NCBI GenBank assembly: GCA_034665065.1
Contig: JAXDGL010000018.1
Location: 20,126 to 84,125 of the forward strand
Length of the DNA: 64,000 bases
Origin: Thermoanaerobaculia bacterium
Lineage (GTDB): Bacteria; Acidobacteriota; Thermoanaerobaculia; Gp7-AA8
Direction: 5' to 3'
Below, piece after piece: positions 60,351 to 64,000 of the stretch (the stretch's first letter is position 1; each line of letters starts with the position of its first letter). A program made the translations under genes and the position numbers. The notes beneath the pieces are model-generated. The model saw nothing but the letters and a program-made list of their open reading frames with translations, searched no databases and had not been told where the DNA came from.

Positions 60351-60929
60351 ATGACTGCTGCAATGGATATTGGCGTCGAATCCAGCTCACTGCTGCCTGC
60401 CGTCGCGCAGGGGGATCTCACTGCGTTCGAGCGGCTCTACGACCGTCACTCGTCCACACTCTATGCACTTCTCCTACGCATTCTCGCCAATCCTGATGAT
60501 GCGCAGGAAGTCCTGCAGGAGACGTTCGTGAAGGCGTGGACGAACGCGAAGATGTTCGACGCCGTGCGTGGAACCGACGTGGCGTGGCTGATCTCGATCG
60601 CGCGCAGCCGCGGGATCGACCGGCTCCGCTCACGCAAGATTCGCGGAGACCGCGAAGACGATGCCGGACGCGAGCTCGCCAGCGGACCCGGGTTCGTCGA
60701 GAAACGAACCGGCGCCGACGACGCGATCGAAGCAGAAGAGCGGATGGCGGTACGAGGCGCCCTCGCGGAGCTGCCCGAGCCGCAGCGTGTGGCCCTCGCT
60801 CTCGCCTACTTCGAGGGTCTCTCGCAGTCCGAGATCGCCGCGAAACTCGGCGAGCCTCTCGGCACGATCAAGACACGGATGCAACTCGGGATGAAGAAAC
60901 TGCGGGAACGGCTGAAGGCCTATCGATGA
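60351..60929 (+). CDS. ECF-type RNA polymerase sigma-70 factor.
   Basis: Region 2 YALLLRILANPDDAQEVLQETFVKAW and region 4 LSQSEIAAKLGEPLGTIKTRM. Confidence 0.9.
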   Translation: MTAAMDIGVESSSLLPAVAQGDLTAFERLYDRHSSTLYALLLRILANPDDAQEVLQETFVKAWTNAKMFDAVRGTDVAWLISIARSRGIDRLRSRKIRGDREDDAGRELASGPGFVEKRTGADDAIEAEERMAVRGALAELPEPQRVALALAYFEGLSQSEIAAKLGEPLGTIKTRMQLGMKKLRERLKAYR

Positions 60930-61729
60930 TGACGCCTTTGAAAAGTCATGCTGAGCTCGAATCGATCGCTGCGCTCGAAGCGGTGGGCGCCGCAACGGCG
61001 GAGGAGAGCAGCGCGTTTGCCGCGCACACCGCGACGTGTGCCGACTGCCGCCGTGCGCGCGATGAATACGCCGAGGCGGCGTCATTCATGGCGCGCGACC
61101 TCGAGCCCGTAACGCCACCCGCCGGCGTCCGCGATCGAGTTTTCGCCGCGATCGATCACGACAGCGCCAGCAACGTCGTCGACGCGCAAGAGCGATTCGG
61201 CATCAGCCGATGGTGGATGGCGGCAGCGATGCTCTTTCTCGCGCTCTGGGGATGGCGTGAGCTCTCGGTCCGCGTGACGCGCGAGAGGGTCAACACGCGC
61301 GAGGCGGAGATTCGGCGACTGGCGGGAGAGAATCAAATCCTCTCCGCGCGCAACGAGAAGCTCGCCGCGGAGATGGCCGCGCTGGCATCGCGCGACACCC
61401 GCACGATCGCACTGACCGGCCAGCAGGTGTCGCCGTCCGCATCGGCCAGAGTATTTCTCGAGCCGGGGCAGCGGCGTGCCGTCGTTTTCTTCTACAACCT
61501 TCCCGCCAACGCAACCGACAAGAGTTACCAGCTCTGGATTCTTCGCGGCGATCAGCCGAAGCCGCAAAGCGCGGGCGTCTTCGATGTGGCCGGCGACGGA
61601 GCCGCATCCATCTCGATCGAGAATCTCCCTCTGGCGACGGAGATCAAAGGTCTTGCCGTGACTCTGGAGCCGAAAGGCGGCGTCGCGCAGCCGACGAACA
61701 CGAATTTCTTCGTCGCCGGCAGCACGTAG
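60926..61729 (+). CDS. Anti-sigma factor (zinc-finger anti-sigma N-domain + RskA-like C-domain).
   Basis: ATGA overlap with the sigma gene. HTATCADCRRARDEY zinc motif, one TM helix, and a C-terminal YQLWIL...P RskA-type motif. Confidence 0.75.
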   Translation: MMTPLKSHAELESIAALEAVGAATAEESSAFAAHTATCADCRRARDEYAEAASFMARDLEPVTPPAGVRDRVFAAIDHDSASNVVDAQERFGISRWWMAAAMLFLALWGWRELSVRVTRERVNTREAEIRRLAGENQILSARNEKLAAEMAALASRDTRTIALTGQQVSPSASARVFLEPGQRRAVVFFYNLPANATDKSYQLWILRGDQPKPQSAGVFDVAGDGAASISIENLPLATEIKGLAVTLEPKGGVAQPTNTNFFVAGST

Positions 61730-61759
61730 GAACTGTTCCTGCAGCGGCGCCGGATCAGA

Positions 61760-62362
61760 ATGAGTGATCTGAACCTCGATCCATCAACCACCGCACTCAT
61801 CGTCATCGATCTGCAGCGCGGCATTGTGGCGCGCGAGGCTGCGCCTCATTCCGCTGCAGATGTCGTGACTCGCTGCGCGAAGTTGGCGAAAGCGTTCCGT
61901 CATGCGGGAGCGCTCGTCGTGCTCGTTCACGTTGGTTTCTCAGACGACGACCGCGACCGGCTGAAACCAACCGCAGACGCAGCGCCGCCGGCGATGAAGT
62001 TGACTGCCGATTGGAGCACGCTCGTACCGGAGCTCGATCAACAATCAACCGACATCGTGATTCTCAAACGGCAATGGGGCGCGTTCTACGGAACACAGCT
62101 CGACATGCAATTGCGGCGTCGCGGGATCAAGACGCTCGTCTACGGCGGCATCGCCACAAACTTCGGCGTGGAGTCGACGGCGCGCGATGCGTACGAGCGC
62201 GGCTTTGAGCAGGTGTTCGTCGAAGACGCCATGTCCGGCCTCACGGAAGGCGCGCACACGTTTGCAATCACGACGATCTTCCCGCGCATGGGCCGCGTGC
62301 GCTCGACGGAGGAAGTGCTGGCCGCGCTCAGAGCCCGCGATCAAAGTCCCACGATGTTGTAG
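61760..62362 (+). CDS. Isochorismatase-family cysteine hydrolase.
   Basis: ALIVIDLQ ... catalytic Cys-region pattern GIATNFGVEST. Confidence 0.85.
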   Translation: MSDLNLDPSTTALIVIDLQRGIVAREAAPHSAADVVTRCAKLAKAFRHAGALVVLVHVGFSDDDRDRLKPTADAAPPAMKLTADWSTLVPELDQQSTDIVILKRQWGAFYGTQLDMQLRRRGIKTLVYGGIATNFGVESTARDAYERGFEQVFVEDAMSGLTEGAHTFAITTIFPRMGRVRSTEEVLAALRARDQSPTML

Positions 62363-63114
62363 CCGCCGTCGACGAACATCACTTCGCCCGTAATTCCCGC
62401 GGACATCGACGAAATCAAGAAGAGCGCGGCGTTGCCGATCTCTTCGAGCTCGACGTTCCTGCGCAACGGCGCGCGCTCGGCGTGATGCTTGAGCATGCCG
62501 GTAAATCCTTTGATGCCGCGCGCGGCCAGCGTGTTGACCGGACCGGCGGAGATGGCGTTGACGCGGACGTTCTTCGGGCCCAGGTTGGCGGCGAGGTAGC
62601 GGACGCTGGCTTCGAGGGAGGCTTTGGCGACACCCATCAGGTTGTAGCCTTCGACCGCTTTTTCTGCGCCGTAATAGGTAAGCGCCAGAACCGCGCCGCC
62701 GCCTGATTGTTCGAAGAGAGGAAGCGCAGCACGAGTCAGCGCGACGAGCGAGTATGCGGAGATGTCGTGCGCGAGCTTGAAGCCATCACGCGAGGTGTTG
62801 ACGAAATCGTTCTCGAGATCCTCGCGCGGCGCAAAAGCGACGGAGTGCACAAGCGCATCGAGCCGTCCGAATTTCTCCCCCACCTCGCGAAACACCGACT
62901 CGACCTCGGCGTCAATCGTGACGTCGCAGGGCAGAATGAGCGAGTCGGGCATCGCCGCGCAAAGACCCTCAACGCTTTCTTTGAGTCGCTCGCCCTGGTA
63001 CGTGAACGCCAGCCGCATCCCCTCGCGCGAGAGCGCCTGCGCAATCGCCCAGGCGATGGAGCGTTTGTTGGCGACTCCGAAAACGATTCCAGTCTTCCCT
63101 TCGAGCAGCGGCAT
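62341..63114 (-). CDS. fabI: Enoyl-ACP reductase (NADH).
   Basis: GKTGIVFGVANKRSIAW ... Y..K; 258 aa taken from MPLLEGK. Confidence 0.93.
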   Translation of the reverse strand: MPLLEGKTGIVFGVANKRSIAWAIAQALSREGMRLAFTYQGERLKESVEGLCAAMPDSLILPCDVTIDAEVESVFREVGEKFGRLDALVHSVAFAPREDLENDFVNTSRDGFKLAHDISAYSLVALTRAALPLFEQSGGGAVLALTYYGAEKAVEGYNLMGVAKASLEASVRYLAANLGPKNVRVNAISAGPVNTLAARGIKGFTGMLKHHAERAPLRRNVELEEIGNAALFLISSMSAGITGEVMFVDGGYNIVGL

Positions 63115-63199
63115 GCGATCCCCTTTGCTTGCGATCATAGCAAGCTATCCCCAGGCGTCTCGTTGATCGCGCGCCCAGAATCGCGGTACCGTTACGGAA

Positions 63200-64000
63200 A
63201 TGAGAAAGATGGCGTTATTGCTATTGCTTGCTGCGACGCCGGCACTGGGCCAGATCCGCGGTGATCAAGCGCTATCGCCGGTGGTTCTCGGCGCCGCTCC
63301 GGCGCGACAGGAATCCGCGCGTGTCGCCTCGGACGGTACGAACTTTTTTACGGTCTGGATTACGCGCACCGGTTCAAATGCGATCATCGGAGGCGGCCGC
63401 ATGTCTCCGGCCGGCGAATTGCTCGACCGGCCCAGCATCCTGATCGCGTCGGGCACCGGGCTTGGCGCGCCCGACGTAGTTTTCGTGGGAGGTAATTTTC
63501 TCGTCGTCTATCAATCAGGAACTTCAGTAATGGCGCGGCGGGTCTCCCGCGAAGGACGGCTGGTTGATCAGCAGGCAGTCGTGATCATCAACACCAGTAT
63601 GCGTGGACAGCTGGCCACCAATGGCGACAATGTAGTGCTGCTCACGGCGACGAATACCATTCGAATGCTCGCCGCCGACGGGACCCCATTAGGCGCGGAC
63701 CGCGTCGTTCCGAATGCCGGAATCTACGCACCCTCGGTCACTTCGAATGGCAGCCAGTACCTGATCGCCTATCCAAGCGATTACGCTTCTCGCGGCTCGT
63801 TCACCATCCTCAATTCAAAGGGTGATGTCGAGCACTCCAATGCGTTTACGATTCCGGAGCCTTTCTACATCAGCGGCCTCACCTTGGCATCGAACGGATC
63901 TTCATTCCTGATGATGCTGGTGAGCAGCAGCCGGATCGCTTTCATGCCGATCGACTCTGCTGGCAACGCGGGGCCGCTACGCAAGACCGGCTATCAAATA
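63200..64000 (+). CDS. Secreted protein, partial: it continues past the window end.
   Basis: ATG at 63200 with signal peptide MRKMALLLLLAATPALGQ. The frame stays open to position 64000. It is not in the supplied ORF track because it has no stop within the window. Confidence 0.45.
   Translation, partial: MRKMALLLLLAATPALGQIRGDQALSPVVLGAAPARQESARVASDGTNFFTVWITRTGSNAIIGGGRMSPAGELLDRPSILIASGTGLGAPDVVFVGGNFLVVYQSGTSVMARRVSREGRLVDQQAVVIINTSMRGQLATNGDNVVLLTATNTIRMLAADGTPLGADRVVPNAGIYAPSVTSNGSQYLIAYPSDYASRGSFTILNSKGDVEHSNAFTIPEPFYISGLTLASNGSSFLMMLVSSSRIAFMPIDSAGNAGPLRKTGYQI

Overview
The window is 64 kb of high-GC chromosome carrying ordinary housekeeping genes, and I found no single obvious novel protein system in it. 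Recognisable genes include purB, rlpA, ndk, pgk-gap, mtnA, menE-menC-menA-menB, fabI, lon, nrdR, an ECF sigma/anti-sigma pair and a sigma-54 response regulator, plus cell-envelope and secreted functions: a TonB-dependent-like outer-membrane protein with a carboxypeptidase-regulatory-like N-domain, an MprF-like protein, an M28/PA/TfR peptidase, an amidase, and three tandem paralogous secreted VWA proteins. The gene content looks acidobacterial to me (inference only). I see no rRNA, tRNA or CRISPR array. What stands out is the non-coding architecture, which has four parts. First, many intergenic regions consist of a short unique or palindromic core bracketed by inverted arrays of tandem 7-bp units. 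The unit differs between loci: aatgttg, ggatgaa, gtgggga, gacgagg, gggtcgg and gttgtcg. Several genes take their last codons, or spurious upstream codons, from these arrays. Second, three families of MITE/REP-like palindromic repeats recur. A has tgtcatt...ggcggaaccgcgg termini, B has tgtcatcctgag...ggggtccttcgac, and C has paired gtcggac-N6-gtccgac hairpins. Third, one IS110-family element sits inside a gttgtcg array. Its 3' non-coding end carries a long imperfect palindrome with roughly 80-bp arms, which is a bridge-RNA-like candidate. Fourth, a TetR-associated run of four genes overlaps at start and stop codons. It encodes an SDR ketoreductase, a FabH-like KAS III, a Ser-type alpha/beta hydrolase and an AMP-ligase, followed by a TetR regulator. 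It sits next to a triple-repeat palindrome that could be its operator, and it looks like a small-lipid or signal biosynthesis module. The order resembles oleABC, but the hydrolase is not OleB-like. Start codons were chosen by eye from the ORF track. Domain calls rest on motifs I recognise in the translations; no database was searched.
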